Positions 12,590 to 25,908 of a DNA stretch of 64,000 nt are shown one piece after another; positions within the stretch are counted from its first letter, which is position 1; each line of letters starts with the position of its first letter. The position numbers and the translations under genes were made by a program. The notes beneath the pieces are model-generated. The model saw only the letters and a list, made by a program, of their open reading frames with translations. It had not been told where the DNA came from and searched no databases. Location of the stretch: NCBI RefSeq assembly GCF_902713615.1, contig NC_052156.1, positions 111,267,120 through 111,331,119 of the forward strand. The letters are read 5' to 3'. The stretch is from Scyliorhinus canicula (taxonomy: Eukaryota).

Positions 12590-14540
12590 GGGAGTACTTC
12601 CAGGGGTACTTATTATGAGTACGGGGAGAAGGCCAGCCGTCTCCTGGCTCACCAACTCAAACGTCAAAGGGCTTCCTGTGAGACCCCTCAGATACACAAT
12701 CCGGGTAGCGGCTCTATTTCCATCGCTCTCCAGGTCAATGCAGCTTTTAAATCCTGCTACTGTGACCTGTATAAATTGGATCCCCCACAGACAAATCGAT
12801 TATATCTGACTTTCTGGACAGTCTGCCTATCCCAACTGTTGAAGTGAACAAGACCTGTCAGGGGACTCCCCGTTACGCTCCGATGAGATTTTAAAATGTA
12901 TTGGGCTGATGTAGGCTGGCAAGGCTCGTGGCCCGGATGGCTTTCCGATTGATTTTTATAAGAAGTTCACGAAACAACTTGTACCTTTGTTATCGGGTAG
13001 TTTAATGACCCCATGTCTCGGGATTTGTTGCCTCCGATCCTCACTCAAGCCTCTATTTCTTTGCTCCTGAAAAGGGACAAGCATCCGACCGAGTGTGGTT
13101 CACACCGATCCATCTCGCTCTTATATATGGACATTAAGCTGCTCACTAAGGTTTTGGTGCACCGGTGGGAACCTTGCCTCCCAAGTATCATTTTGGAGGA
13201 TCAAACAGGTTTTGTAAAGGGCAGGCAAATATCGGCCAATATACGTTGTCTTTTAAATGTTATTCTTTCCCCCTCCCCTGCACCCGAACCTGAGGTGATA
13301 ATATCTCATGACGCTGAAAAAGCATTTTACAGGGTGGAATGGGAATATTTATTTGAGATTCTTGGGAGATTTGGATTCAGCCATGAATTTGCTTTGTGGA
13401 TCTGCTTGCTACATAATGCCTCTACTGCCAGGGTTCGTACAAACACTCTATACTCAGACTGCTTCCCCTTGAGATAGGGGCACGAGACAGGGCTGCCCAC
13501 TTTCTCCAATTTTATTTACCCTGGCAATAGAGCTGTTCTTATAGCGTTAAGAGTGTCTAGTCACTGGAGGAGTATTAGTTGTGATGGGATGGAGCATTGC
13601 GTATCTCTCGATGCAGATTACCTACTTTTATGTATTGCAGACTTAACTCCCTCCATTGATGGCATAACAAAGACATTTCATACCTTTGGTTCCTTCTCTG
13701 GCTATAAATTAAGTCTAGACAAGAATTAATGTTTTCCAGTTAACCCCCCTGGTCAGCGACCCCAATTAAGCGCGTTACCTTTCTGCCTCTCCAGTACAGG
13801 TTTTCATTATTTGGGGGTTCGGGCGGGCCACAATTGGGCCTCACTTCACAAGTTGAATTACTCAAACCTGATCAACAATGTTAAAGTGGATCTACAGCTG
13901 TGGAACAACCTTCCTCTATCTTTGGCGGGTAGGATTCAAACAATAAAAATTAATGTACTCCTTAGGTTTTCATTTCTCTGTCAATGTCATTCCATTTTCT
14001 CACCAAACCTTTTTAAAAAAAATATAAATTTAGAGTACCCAATTATTTGTTTCCAATTAAGGGCCAATCCACCCACCCTGCACATCTTTGGGTTGTGGGA
14101 GTGAGAACTACAGAGACACAGAGAGATTGTGCAAACTCCACATGGACAGTAACCCACAGCCGGAATCAAACCCAGGTCCTCAGCGCCGTGACGCAGCAGT
14201 GCTAACCACTGTGCCACCGTGCCTCCTAGCCCAAACACTTTTTTTTATTAAGGTTAACAAACTGATATTTCTTAGTTGGAGATCTCCCATTCCACCCAGT
14301 GCTTCTGCCTGGTTGGGTGATTTAACGTTATTCCTGCATATAGAGGAAATTAAATTCATCATCAGGGTTTCAGTGGAGAGGTTTCACCTGAATTCACAAC
14401 CATTTATTTCCTTTTTTAAGGATCGAGACACCGTCAGCTGTTAGGGCGTTTAGGTATAGTGTTTATGTCATTTATGTTGTGGGAATTTTTAGTTTACTTC
14501 TAATTTTTGTACTCTTGAGTTTTGGTGCTTGTTTGTTATT
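12590..14540 (+). mobile_element. Degenerate L1/Tx1-clade LINE ORF2 fragment with nested SINE
   Basis: YYEYGEKASRLLA, ISLLLKRDKHPTECGSHRSISLL, DQTGFVKGR, DAEKAF, LPLSLAGRIQTIKINVL; multiple stops. Confidence 0.85.
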
Positions 14541-15489
14541 ATGTAAAACTCACTGCAAATCACTTTCTCTGTGGCATTGCGTCAAAAATGATATATGTGC
14601 CTCGGGGCTAAGCAAACATGAACACACCCGAGTCCTGAAATTTTAGCTCGAATAGTGCATCAAGTAGACACACGGTGATATTAAATGTTCAACCATTTAA
14701 CAGTATTATACTGCTATTATACAATTGGCCATTTGCACTGAGAAATGGACCAGAAATCCCATATTTTTAATATGCATCAACTGCCTTACCATCGATAATA
14801 GCCAGTTGGGGTACATCACAGTCCTACCCACTATATTACAGTGTGAGGATACACCGGGCCATGTGAGCACAGCCTGTCAACATGTTCACAATGCAGGGCT
14901 GCATAGGAACATTGGAGCAGGAGTGGGCCACTCAGCTCTTTGAGCCTGATTCGCCATTCCATAAGCACATGGCTGATCTAGTTGTGGGCTCAACTCCACT
15001 TTCATGCGAGGTAACGCATCACATATCCAAAATATTCCAAACGGGGAAGCGAGCGGTTTACTTGCAAGTCTCACAATTTGCAGAACCTTCTGCCGGTTAG
15101 AATACCAGTGATTCACATGGCAAATAGAAGCTTGAACCATGAGCATTGACAAAAATGACTCCTGAAAATCACGGGGTTCATTCATAAATTGCAAATGGCA
15201 CCTACAATGTAATTATGGCCCCTGGGCTGACGCTGGCAGAGACGGAACAGCTGGAAAAGTGTAACAATGCATTAAATTACATGTGAGGCCAGTGATCAGG
15301 AGTGATGAAGAACGGGCAATATTTCTCCAACAGCCCTTACACAAACATATCTGAAGGAAGATACTGTACCAACATTTCACCCACCGTGGTCGCACACTGC
15401 GTCAGCAATTCCAGAGACTTGAGCACAAAGTTCAAGGTTGACAATCCAAAGTAGCGTTGAGGGAGTGCTTGACTGTTGGAAGTGCCATC

Positions 15490-16240
15490 CTTCCTCCTCT
15501 CCATGAGCTCCAGCTTCTCTGAACCCCCAAATATCGCCACCAGAGGGTCCGGGTCCACCTCCTCTGCCACTATCCTGGCTATGACCGCGAACACTCCCGT
15601 CCAGAATCGTCCCAATTTTTCGCAACCCCAAAACATGTGCGCATGATTCACTGGCCCCTGCCCACACCTCTAACACTCATCTGCTACCCCCCTGAAAGAA
15701 CCCACTCATTCTCGCCTGAGTCATATGCATCCTGTGCACCACCTTAAACTGTAACAGGCTCATCCTTGCACAAGAGGAGTTCCCGTTTACCCTACGCAGT
15801 GCCTCACGCCCAAGTCCGCTTCCCATTTCTCCTTGATCTTCACCACTCGCTCGCCTCCCTGCTCCCCCAGGCACTTGTGTATCTCCCCAATTCTTCCCTC
15901 CCCTTCCACATCTGGAAGCAGCAGTCACTCCAAAAGGGTGTAACCCGGCAACCGAGGGAACCCCCTCCAGACCTTCGTGCAAAGTCCCTAACCTGCAGAT
16001 ACCTGAACTCACTTCCCCTCAGCAGTTCTACCCTCTCCCTTAGCTCCTCCAGACTGCCAAACCATTCCTCCAAATACAGATTCCACACCTTGACCAGCCC
16101 CACTTCCCTCCACTTCCTGTATACACTATCCATCCCCCCCAGCTCAAACCCATGATTCTCTCACACCTCCTCCCACTCCTCAGGAGGTTGGGCACCCAAA
16201 CCTATGCACTCACTTCCGAAAATCTTTTGCCACGTCACTC
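15490..16240 (-). mobile_element. L1-clade LINE ORF2 C-terminal fragment
   Basis: EFRYLQVRDF, CARMSLLQFKVVHR, NHAHMFWGCEKL (CCHC-region remnants) across frames. Confidence 0.8.
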
Positions 16241-18686
16241 TTGACGCTTCATGATTTAAGGTTGGGCAGCTAGAACTGGAGAAAACCAAAATCTGACTTC
16301 ACAGACAGGGCCACATTAACCATGGGCCTATCAACAGAATATGGGTCATCAATGAAAGCAAATGTAGACATTACTCACGATAAAAATAAACTTGATATCC
16401 ACTGATTGGGTAATTAGAAATGTACAGTGGGCAATGCTGGCCGGTGTGGTGAGGAGGGGGGTTCATGGAATAATGTGTTGAGGAATTGGGGGTGGTGGAT
16501 ATTTGGTTATTTGACTGGGACTGCCTTACATGGTCCCAGCGGCTAGAAGACATGAATGGAGGAACCAAAGAGCAGATCAGAAAGATGCCTCTGTAACAAG
16601 GGGAAGAAGACAATATTCGACAGCTCTTCACAAGGACGAATAGTGAATATTTTAGACATTTCATTGCACATTTGTGTTTGAATGGCAGATGGTTTGTGGT
16701 TGGGGGGAGCAGTGGGAGGGGAACAAGAATTATTTTATGGTGGAGGCACCCTGAATTTTCTTGGTACCCAAAGCCCCGTGAATACTTCATGCCAGCCCTG
16801 TTTCCTAATGACTTGCACAAGGAGGTATAATGGTCAGGATTCTTTGTCCCCAGGACACCCAGAATGCATTCCCTGATGAGACTGAGAATCAGACATTGGG
16901 TCATAATCGGGATCGGCGCCAGGCCCCAACCCAAATGCCATGCTCTGATGCATCACTGGTGGCTGAAATGAGTTCCATGCTGCACGCCAGCGGAGCATGG
17001 AAATAAATCCAAATGTGTCATAATAATCCATTTGCATCTATTTAGCGGAAACGGCACCCTATGCTCTGTCATGCCTTGATTGTCCGGTCCCCGCAGCTGG
17101 GAATCAGTTGGGTGAGGTTCACTTGTGGTCTTTACCATCATGGCCCTGACATGGCGGAACCCGCAAGGTCTACCATGCCAGGGCCATGATGGTACAAATC
17201 ATCTGAGGCCAACCCCCACCCCCGCATCGCAAATCAGCCTCTCCCTCCCCTCCCTACCAACACCTCACAGCTGCCCCCAACTCCTGGATTGATTGGATGC
17301 ATGTCCATTCATATTGCTTCAGTGGCCAAAGTGGTGAAACCCCAATGTTTGTAAACATTGCCCACATCAAAGAGATGTAAGTTGCACTAAGTGCAATCCA
17401 ATCACTCAAGCGTGTGATTTCACTCCACTTACCTCTCTTTGATGTGAGCAATGTTTACAACATTGGAGTTTCATCACTTAGGCTACTGAAGCCTGAAGGG
17501 ATATGAATGGATCAAAGTGACAGATAGTATTTACCACCTGTCAATCACAGTCCACTACTAGAAAACCATGAATGGATTGCAGACAGTGAATCTGTGGTAT
17601 CAGATGCAGGCACAGCTAGTCACCTTTGAGGAATAGACATGTGGAGATGCGAGGTAAGTGTTGCAGCTATTATGCTTCCCACAGCCCTTGTCTGGGCTGC
17701 TCTCTCTCTTCCAGATAGGGGTCAATATTCTGGGGGGGAGGGGTCTGTGTGTGTGTGTGGGGGGGGGGGGGGTTCAATGGAGGGGATTCCTTTAGGCAGG
17801 GGCTTCCTGTGGGGGGCCCCTAGTCCAGGAGTCCCTGTGAGGATCCTCCTATTACAGGGGTCTGTGGCATGAGGGATGGGTCAGGTCACCCCATATTTGG
17901 GGTGGAGGAGAACCCAGGCAATCAGTGGGTGGGGGCTGACATGCGGTGGGGGGATCCAGACCACTTTGCGGTGTGGTGGGGGTTGTGGCCGATTTGCGGT
18001 TTGGGGAGGGTCGTGGCCAATTTGCGGTGTGGGGGGGAATACCGGCTGCAGGACTCCACTATCGGTCCATGTGCCCAAGGTGGCAGCCCGATATCAGGAT
18101 TCTTCTGGGAATCCCCTCATATTCCACTTCATGCATACATTTACATGGCGCGGAATACTGAATTGCATCCCGCTGGGGGATCGTAAAACTGAAGCAATTC
18201 AGCTAATCCAGCTCAATGTCTTTCAAGCACCCTCAAGTTTTAACAATCATTTAACTAGTTTTGTCTATAATACCTTCATACTTGGTCAAATCTTTTGAGT
18301 GAGGCAGTAACCAACATAGTTTAACTTATGCTTCCTAAATTTTGCAAACTCTTTCACTTTGCATGCATGAACCATTTCCTGTGAATGTTTCAGGGAAGCT
18401 CCCAGACAATAACTTTCTCCGTTAAAACCCACTGACTCAAGGCGGCACGGTGGGGCAGTGATTAGCACTATTGCTTCATGACGCCGAGGACCCGGGTTCG
18501 ATCCCAGTCCCGGGTCACTGTCCGTGCGGGATTTGCACGTTCTCCCTATGGCTGCATGGGTCTCACCCCCACAACCCAAAGATGTGCAGGGTAAAATACA
18601 TTTTATAAAAACCCATTGGCTCCATTGGCCACAGGATTTAGGATTCACAGAGGATTTTGCATCAAATCTTACAAAACTGTGCGTAC

Positions 18687-18844
18687 CTGCCTGATGAGGC
18701 CTCATGAGAGGGCTTGATGCTCGCACTGCGGTCCCTCCTAACAGGCCCAGGCTCCATGGTGGGCAGACCAGTGGCGGACGTTGTTGTTGTCCATGTGGAC
18801 GAAATCCGTCTCAATAGTCCCGGAGGCAGACTTCTCCTGAGCCG
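18687..18844 (-). CDS. PDE3A: PDE3A internal coding exon (human exon 4 equivalent), 158 nt, phase 0/2
   Basis: Translates [52 protein letters not shown]. Acceptor ttttatttccttcag| at 18845, donor CAG|gtacgc at 18686. In frame with the upstream exon (..IPK|RLRR..). Missed by the ORF track. Confidence 0.95.
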
Positions 18845-21217
18845 CTGAAGGAAATAAAAGGATTAAATAAATTCAGTGGGGCCCAGCTGAAATTATCAAT
18901 AAGCTTGATTTTAAAAACTGTGCATGAGAACAATATCGTCTTAAGTCGATTCAGCTCAGTCCTCAAGGCAGAAGTACAGAAGTACAATATCTCAAATGCA
19001 ATTGCTGTTCGTTGATTCTTCCGACAAAGACCTCTTCAACAAATCTTTTTCTATCCTTTTGGAGTAAAATTACAATTATAAATTAAATATCATGATAACA
19101 GATCTTTTTCATTACACTTTAAAGCATAATAAACAAAGAAAAATGTTGCAATTTTGTAAACAGAATAAATAGTTGATTGAATCAAATTATATAGAATGGT
19201 TTTTCAGTTTATCCAAGACTGTGATAAAGGGATACTCATGGATTTTATTCATTCAGCTTCCTCTTTACAAATCCACAAATCCATCTGTCTGATGGTTTGA
19301 TATACACCAATCTAGTAAAGGTCAATAATTGTTTTAAACAGCATTTTCATCCGACTTAATGGCTGTCCTCACAAAGAATGAAATTTGCCTGTAGAATCTA
19401 GGACGCCACTGGTTGAATCATCTCAAAGGAGGATTTTGGTGAACCATAATGACTTTGTAGCACCTACTGTCTTTTCCCTGTTCAATTCTGTCAAACTGTT
19501 CATCTAGAAATCACTTGAAACATTGACCATTGCCCATCACAATTGCAGGTGCAACCAATTACTGAATGTGTGGCAGATTGCTATAGCGATGCAACTGTCA
19601 TAGAACTTTATAGAGTTTAATTCACTGATGTACTAATATCTCTGATATTCTTTTACATGCCCCCTCACAATGTTCTATTCCAATGTGCGGAAGATGTCAG
19701 CTCAATCTCATTGGAAACCAAGTCGTGGGTCTCATCTATATAAAACCAGTGTGCTGTGAAGGAACACATGATTAGTCACCCGAGAATGAAGTTTTCAATA
19801 CCAAAGCTTGTTTGCAGGTATATTTTAGGAAAGGAGATGTGCTGAGCCAAGGGGAATGTCATGACCAGCGAGGCAGGGCCTGCAGTACAGCTGAGGTGGC
19901 TCGAAGAAGCACTCCTCCACCTTTTGGGTCCACATTAACGATAATGAAAGAAAGTGTTTGCCATCTCCTCTAGTTCCTTTAACCCTCAATGGCTAGGTTG
20001 CTGTTGACCCAGCAAAACGGTAATTATCCATAGTCCATGAAGGACCATTGGCATCTCTCACCATTAGAGTGAGACAAATTGGTTTGATCGCTTGACAAGC
20101 ACAACGCATCAAGTGTGGGGCAAGGGAAAAAGGTAGACTTCCATGATCTACCACAGCGAGTACAGGTATTGAACCCTTGCTGTTGGCATCATACTGCACC
20201 ACACTGTAGCCATCTAGCCAACCCTGCTGGCCAACTCCACAAACAGTTTATGCAAAACTGTTGCTCACTATTCACCCAAGCCCCTCACTGGGTTCTTCAT
20301 TGAGACATCCTCCCTCTCTTTGCCTTTGCACCAAGTAGCCCCTCAGCTTCAGTGACATTCACCAAACTTCCTCAGTCCCCTCAGCTCACTTCACCGTTGT
20401 CCTGTCCACACACATATGGAACAGGAATTCTCCACTCAGCTGTGCCATACCAGGGGCCCCAGTGGAATTTTATTTATTGCCTAAGGGGAGCACAGGTCAC
20501 AGTCACTTCTTCTATATTCCCAAAAGTTGAGAAGCTAGCGAGGTATCTGGAAAGAAACTTACGTAATATCCCGCTCGGTGTCTACAGGATGGGAATGCTT
20601 GTGTTCCCATTCTCCTTGCGGAGTATGAATTCTCCTCCGAGGGGAGGGGGGGATATTTCCTGGAGCATATAAGGTTGGCCAGTAAGGTACCAACCAGAAG
20701 AGGACCCGGAGTGCAAATATTCTGTTTGTAAATAAAACTTTGTTCTTACTTCTACTTGGTGTGGACTCCCGCTTCCTTATTAAACTTTCTGAGCGGGGCC
20801 GAGTGGAACAGGAGTGTCCCATCAGACCCCACAAGGAAAGACTAGGCCTCTGTCATCCCCAACTCCGTTAATCCCCTGCCCCCATTATCTTCAGCTGTGG
20901 GGCCCTGCAATAGGCCCTCTAATTTGGTGCCAGCAGCTACCCAATTTTCCTCCCCTCCTCCCACCGTCCAGCTACCCGGAAATCCTGAATCCAAAACGCA
21001 CTTCGCTCTTAAGGATTGCCATTGCTGCCACCAGGATATATCAGAAACATTGAATATCCACAACATTTCTGTTTGAAGGCTGCGGTGCACGGGTGAACTA
21101 TGGATTTGTTAGATTGTAGAAAGAGAAACAGGAACGTTAAATGGCTAAAACATGTGCAGATTGCTGCCAACCAACCAATGACCTTTGGGAAAGGGAAGTG
21201 AACATTTCTTGCCGCAC

Positions 21218-21472
21218 CTTTGGGATGGTAAGCTTCTCGCCTGGGCATTCTTCGGAGTCAGAGCCAGCGTAGGATTCACTGAACGACACCAATGGATTTA
21301 TTCTGGGCTTGTGGACAGGCTGGAAGGTCAGTTGTGTGCTGAGGAGATTGCTGACAGCCCTCAAAGAGGTACTGACATTGGGAGGCAGAGAAGGATCAGC
21401 CAGAAGGTCAGTAATTAGTCCATGGGCCTCACCCATCACAGCTACATCGACAGTGACGCTGGTGCCTGAAGA
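21218..21472 (-). CDS. PDE3A: cGMP-inhibited 3',5'-cyclic phosphodiesterase 3A, internal coding exon (human exon 3 equivalent), 255 nt, phase 0/0
   Basis: Translates [85 protein letters not shown], close to recalled human PDE3A and unlike PDE3B. Acceptor ttatttctttcag| at 21473, donor AAG|gtgcgg at 21217. Confidence 0.95.
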
Positions 21473-22004
21473 CTGAAAGAAAATAAGGAACGTAAATACA
21501 TTGACACATTAACAGTGGCCCAAGAAGGTGCATCAAACCTTTACTTATTCTTCAACAAATGAAATGCAGAAACTCTGCTTTTAATTCAGATGAATTTTCC
21601 ATATCCACTACTTTTCAATCAACCTGCGTTATGCTCATTAAAATGAATTAGCTAATTCCATCATTCAAAGTAAGAATGTAGGTTATCTAGTAACACTCCA
21701 TCCTTCATGTTAGTTTGACCACTGATTGAATGGTGAAGTGAAAATACGGATGTGAAAATAAGGATGAAATATGGTACAATTTAACTGTCTACTTACATCT
21801 GTCTTCAATGAGATTACTTTGGAACTCAAGCATGGCTTAAAACAGCTAACAACTAATTTCAACCAATACGCCACGATTTAATCATAATCTTCACTCAAAT
21901 TACATATAATTCTTAGTATTTAGTATTCCCAAAAGTAGAAAATGCAGGAAAAACAGCAGATCTGGCAGCGTGGGACTCACTGAATGATGCTAATGGGTTT
22001 ATTT

Positions 22005-22770
22005 TGGACTACAGAAGGGAGATAGATCACTTGGTTGCATGGTGTACTGAAAACAACCTCTCTCTAAATGCTGGAAAGACCAAGGAACTGATCATCGACT
22101 TCAGGAAGCGTCGCAACACCCACACGCCTGTCTACATCAAGGCTCTGAAGTGGAGATGGTCGATAACTTTAAGTTCCTGGGAGTCACCATCACCAACAGT
22201 CTGTCCTGGTCCACTCACAGTGATGCAACAGTCAAGAAAGCCCAACAACGTCTCTACTTCCTCCGGAAGCTAAAGAAATTTGGCATGTCTACATCAACTC
22301 TCACAAACTTCTACAGATGTGCCAGAGAGAGCATCCTATTTGGCTGCATTACAGCTTGGTATGGCAACTGCTTGGCCCAAGATCGTAAAAAACTGCAGAG
22401 TGTGGTGAACTCAGCCCAACGCATCACACAAGCTTGTCACTCTCCCATTGATTCTGTCTACACCATTTTCAGAGGCCCCTCACACCCATTTCTTCTTCCA
22501 GCCATTTCCATCAGGCAAAAGATACAGAAGTCCGAAGACCCGCACATCCAGATACAGGAACAGGTTCTTCCCACAGCTACCTGTAAGAACACTATTCACG
22601 ACGCCTTATGCTGCTGTCCACTCACTATTTGCTGATGTACCATTTGTCAATGTACTCTGTCGATTATTCTTTTGTCTACTATGTACATACTGTGTATGTT
22701 CCCTTGGCTGCAGAAAAATGCTTTTCACTGTACTTCGGTACATGTGACAATAAATATCTACCAATCAATC
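22005..22770 (+). mobile_element. Rex1/Babar-clade LINE 3' fragment (RT C-terminus, frameshifted)
   Basis: YRREIDHLVAWCTENNLSLNAGKTKELIIDFRK / FKFLGVTI..KKAQQRLYFLRKLKKF..ITAWYGNC; AATAAA and (CAAT)n tail. Confidence 0.85.
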
Positions 22771-22905
22771 AGTTCCGAAGAGTCGCATTGGACTCGAAAC
22801 GTTAATTCTGTTTCTCTCCTCACACATGCTGCCAGTCCTGCTGATATTTTCCAACACTTTCTCGTATTGATTCAGATTTTCAGCATCCACAGTATTTCGC
22901 TTTTA
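22771..22905 (+). mobile_element. Penelope-type terminal fragment with degenerate hammerhead motif
   Basis: AGTTCCGAAGAGTC-GCATTG-GACTCGAAACGTTAATT followed by a typical tail; partial inverted partner at ~21930-21970. Confidence 0.5.
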
Positions 22906-25555
22906 TTTGGTATTCAGACTTTGATTCTCCCGTGACCCTGAGGGTAACTCTATCTTATTCGAAAATGGAGGGTTGCAGTCAGCCTTCATGGTAATCAGTA
23001 TTTCTCAATCCTTCTATCTGAGCTGTATTAGATATTTCCCTTCAATGTAGTATTGATCCTACCAGGACTTATAACTGGATCCCTTTTCTTTTGGTTCGGT
23101 GAACTATTTTCAATTCAGGGGAAGCTCTTTGGGGAATCTTGCATAAGTTATAAGTTAACCATATGTTATTACATAATCCTGCAAACGACATGAGAAAACA
23201 ATTCTTTTTCCTGGAGAATGATTTCCATAGTGTGGGAAATCAGTTAAAAGTCTTTGGCAACTGAATGATGTGTTAAAAAACAGATTTCTGTTGGCGGAAT
23301 AATTATGCCGAGCTTTTAAACGCACCGAGAGTGCATTTGAAAATGGGCATTATTCTGTTTATCATGGTATCAGCTGGCAGTGCGTTGGAGACACTCATAA
23401 GGAATTCCCATTGACCACGTTAAAGTTAGTTGTTGAGTCTCGACTTAACGTTGCTCATTGCAATGTTAATGGCCCTTGTCACTTTTAGATTGATTATGAA
23501 CACAATGAACATTTGTCTGAACTTTCTGTCCGCTGAATTTTGTAGCTGTAAACTTGACGTCTGCTTCTGTATGGCTGACTGAGCTCTAGAACATTTTACA
23601 CTGGACGACCATCATCTAGGAGCTGGATTCTGAGAGTCGAGGTATGTCCTGGGCTATCAAAACAATCAGTGTTACATCAGTCTTCAGTTATGTGTTCATT
23701 ATCTTGGAATGGAATATCTGATGGATCGCACAACAGGGAACTGAAGTGCTACTGCCAGTTTATGGTAGTGATCTGCCTATAAAGGCTGGTACTCCGTACC
23801 TTTCTCCACACTTCATGGTCCTGTTACTCATGAGAGCATTTTCAATTTATCATAGAATTTACAGTGCACAAGGAAGCCATTCAGCCCATCGAGTCTGCAC
23901 CGGCTCTTGGAAAGAGCACCCTACTCAAGGTCAACACTTCCTCCCTATCCCTATAAACCCACCCAACACTAAGGGGAATTTTGGACACTAAGGGCAATTT
24001 ATCATGGCCAATCCACCTAACCTGCCCATCTTTGGACTGTGGGAGGAAACCGGAGCACCTGGAGGAAACCCACGCACACACGGGGAGGATGTGCAGACTC
24101 CGCACAGACAGTGACCCAAGCCGGAGTCGAACCTGGGACCTTGGAGCTGTGAAGCAATTGTGCTATCCACAATGCTACCGTGCTGCCCAATATAGCTAGG
24201 GAACAGAATGCATGAGGTGGTTTCCCGTTGCCTGCATCATGTGCACTCAAAAGGAGATGCAAGTCCTCTTCCTGAAGATTCTTTTTTTTAAAAAGAAATG
24301 TTGAGTACCCAATTATTTTTTTCCAATTAAGGGACAATTTTCCAATTAAGGGCCAATTCACCTAACCTGCACATCTTTGAGCTGTGGGGGTGAAACCCAC
24401 ACAGACACTGGGAGGACAAGCAAACATGGACAGTGACCCAGGGCCAGGATCGAACCCAGGTCCTCAGCGCTGTAGGCAGAAGTGCTAACCACTGCGTCAC
24501 CGTGCCACCCGCTTCTTGAAGAACCCTCGCCTGTAAACAGCTATTCTTCCTCGTGTTTCCAGCTTTTACCACCGTAAATTTGCTGCTTCTGTTACTGGAC
24601 ATGGCTCGTAACTGCGATCAAGGAACCCTTACTTGGGTCTTTTATTGTGACTTGTGAAAGGAGATTGTCGGCCACTACCACCCAGCTCACCTAGGGTCTC
24701 AAATGCCACTGCTACCCGAACTGTCTGTTTAGCAATGTTAAATCTGGTTTCCATATCCGCAGTAAAACTGGATCAATAAATCTACAGAATCCAATAAAAT
24801 AAAAACCAAAGGGCCTTTTATCAATAGCATTGTCCTGCATTTTACTTGTGTTGGCATGGATAACATGGTTGCTTGAAGGACAGAACTAATTGATTTTCAG
24901 ACAACCAGGCCAATAGAACCTCATTGTCAATAGTTTGTTCTTATTATTCACAGGATGCAGACTTTGCTGGCTACGCCAGCATTTATTTCCCATCCCTAAT
25001 TTCCCCTGAGAGCATGGTGGTGAGCTGCCTTCTTGAACAGCTGTAGCCCATGTGATGTAGGTACATCCTGTGTTCAGGAGAGAGCTCCTGGATTTTGACC
25101 CAGCGACAGTAAACGAATACCAATATATTTCCAAGTAAGGATGGTGAATGGCTTGAAGCTGAACCTCCAGCCGGTGGTGTTTCCATGTATCTGCTGCTCT
25201 TGTCCTTCTAAATGGCAATGGTCATGGGTTTGGAAAGTGGAGTCTAAGGAGCCTTCTTGGTGAGTTCCTGCATGGCATCTTGTAGATGGTAAGCATTGCT
25301 GCTACTGTGAGTCGGTGGTAGAGGGAGCGAATGTTTGTCGATGGCGTACCAATTTAGCGGGGTTACTTTGTCCTGAATGGTGTAGAGCTTCTTGAGTGTT
25401 GTTGGAGCTGTACTCTTCCAGGTAAGTGGGGAGTGTGCCATCACACTCCTGACTTGTGCCTTGTTGGTGGACAGCCTTTGGGGAATCATGAGGAGAGTTA
25501 CCTGTTGCACAGGATTCCTGGCCTCTGACTTACTCTTGTAGCCACAGCAGGGTTT

Positions 25556-25908
25556 GGGGCAGCAGGGTAGCATGGTGGTTAGCATAAATGCTTCACAGCT
25601 CCAGGGTCCCAGGTTCGATTCCCGGCTGGGTCACTGTCTGTGTGGAGTCTGCACGTCCTCCCCCTGTGTGCGTGGGTTTCCTCCGGGTGCTCCGGTTTCC
25701 TCCCACAGTCCAACGATGTGCGGGTTAGGTGGATTGGCCATGCTAAATTGCCTGTAGTGTCCTAATAAAAGTAAGGTTATGGGGGGGGGTTGTTGGGTTA
25801 CGGGTATAGGGTGGATATGTGGGTTTGAGTAGGGTGATCATGGCTCGGCACAACATTGAGGGCCGAAGGGCCTGTTCTGTGCTGTACTGTTCTATGTTCT
25901 ATGTTCTA
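25556..25908 (+). mobile_element. Full-length tRNA-derived V-SINE (HE1-like) with CR1/HER1 tail
   Basis: A box TAGCATGGTGG, B box GGTTCGATTCC, V-domain GGGTTTCCTCCGGGTGCTCCGGTTTCCTCCCACAGTCC; tail GAGGGCCGAAGGGCCTGT..(TTCTATG)n matching the 3' end of the 51388-55801 LINE. Confidence 0.9.

Noticed and set aside
1-18686. PDE3A exon 5 equivalent
   Set aside because: No convincing match to the TKSRSFTSSY/ANHVK region found by eye. It may lie left of the window or be too diverged.
21181-21225. Duplicated TCCCAAAG|GT 35 nt into the intron as an alternative donor
   Set aside because: The second site (gtcatt) is weak and would shift the frame; likely chance.
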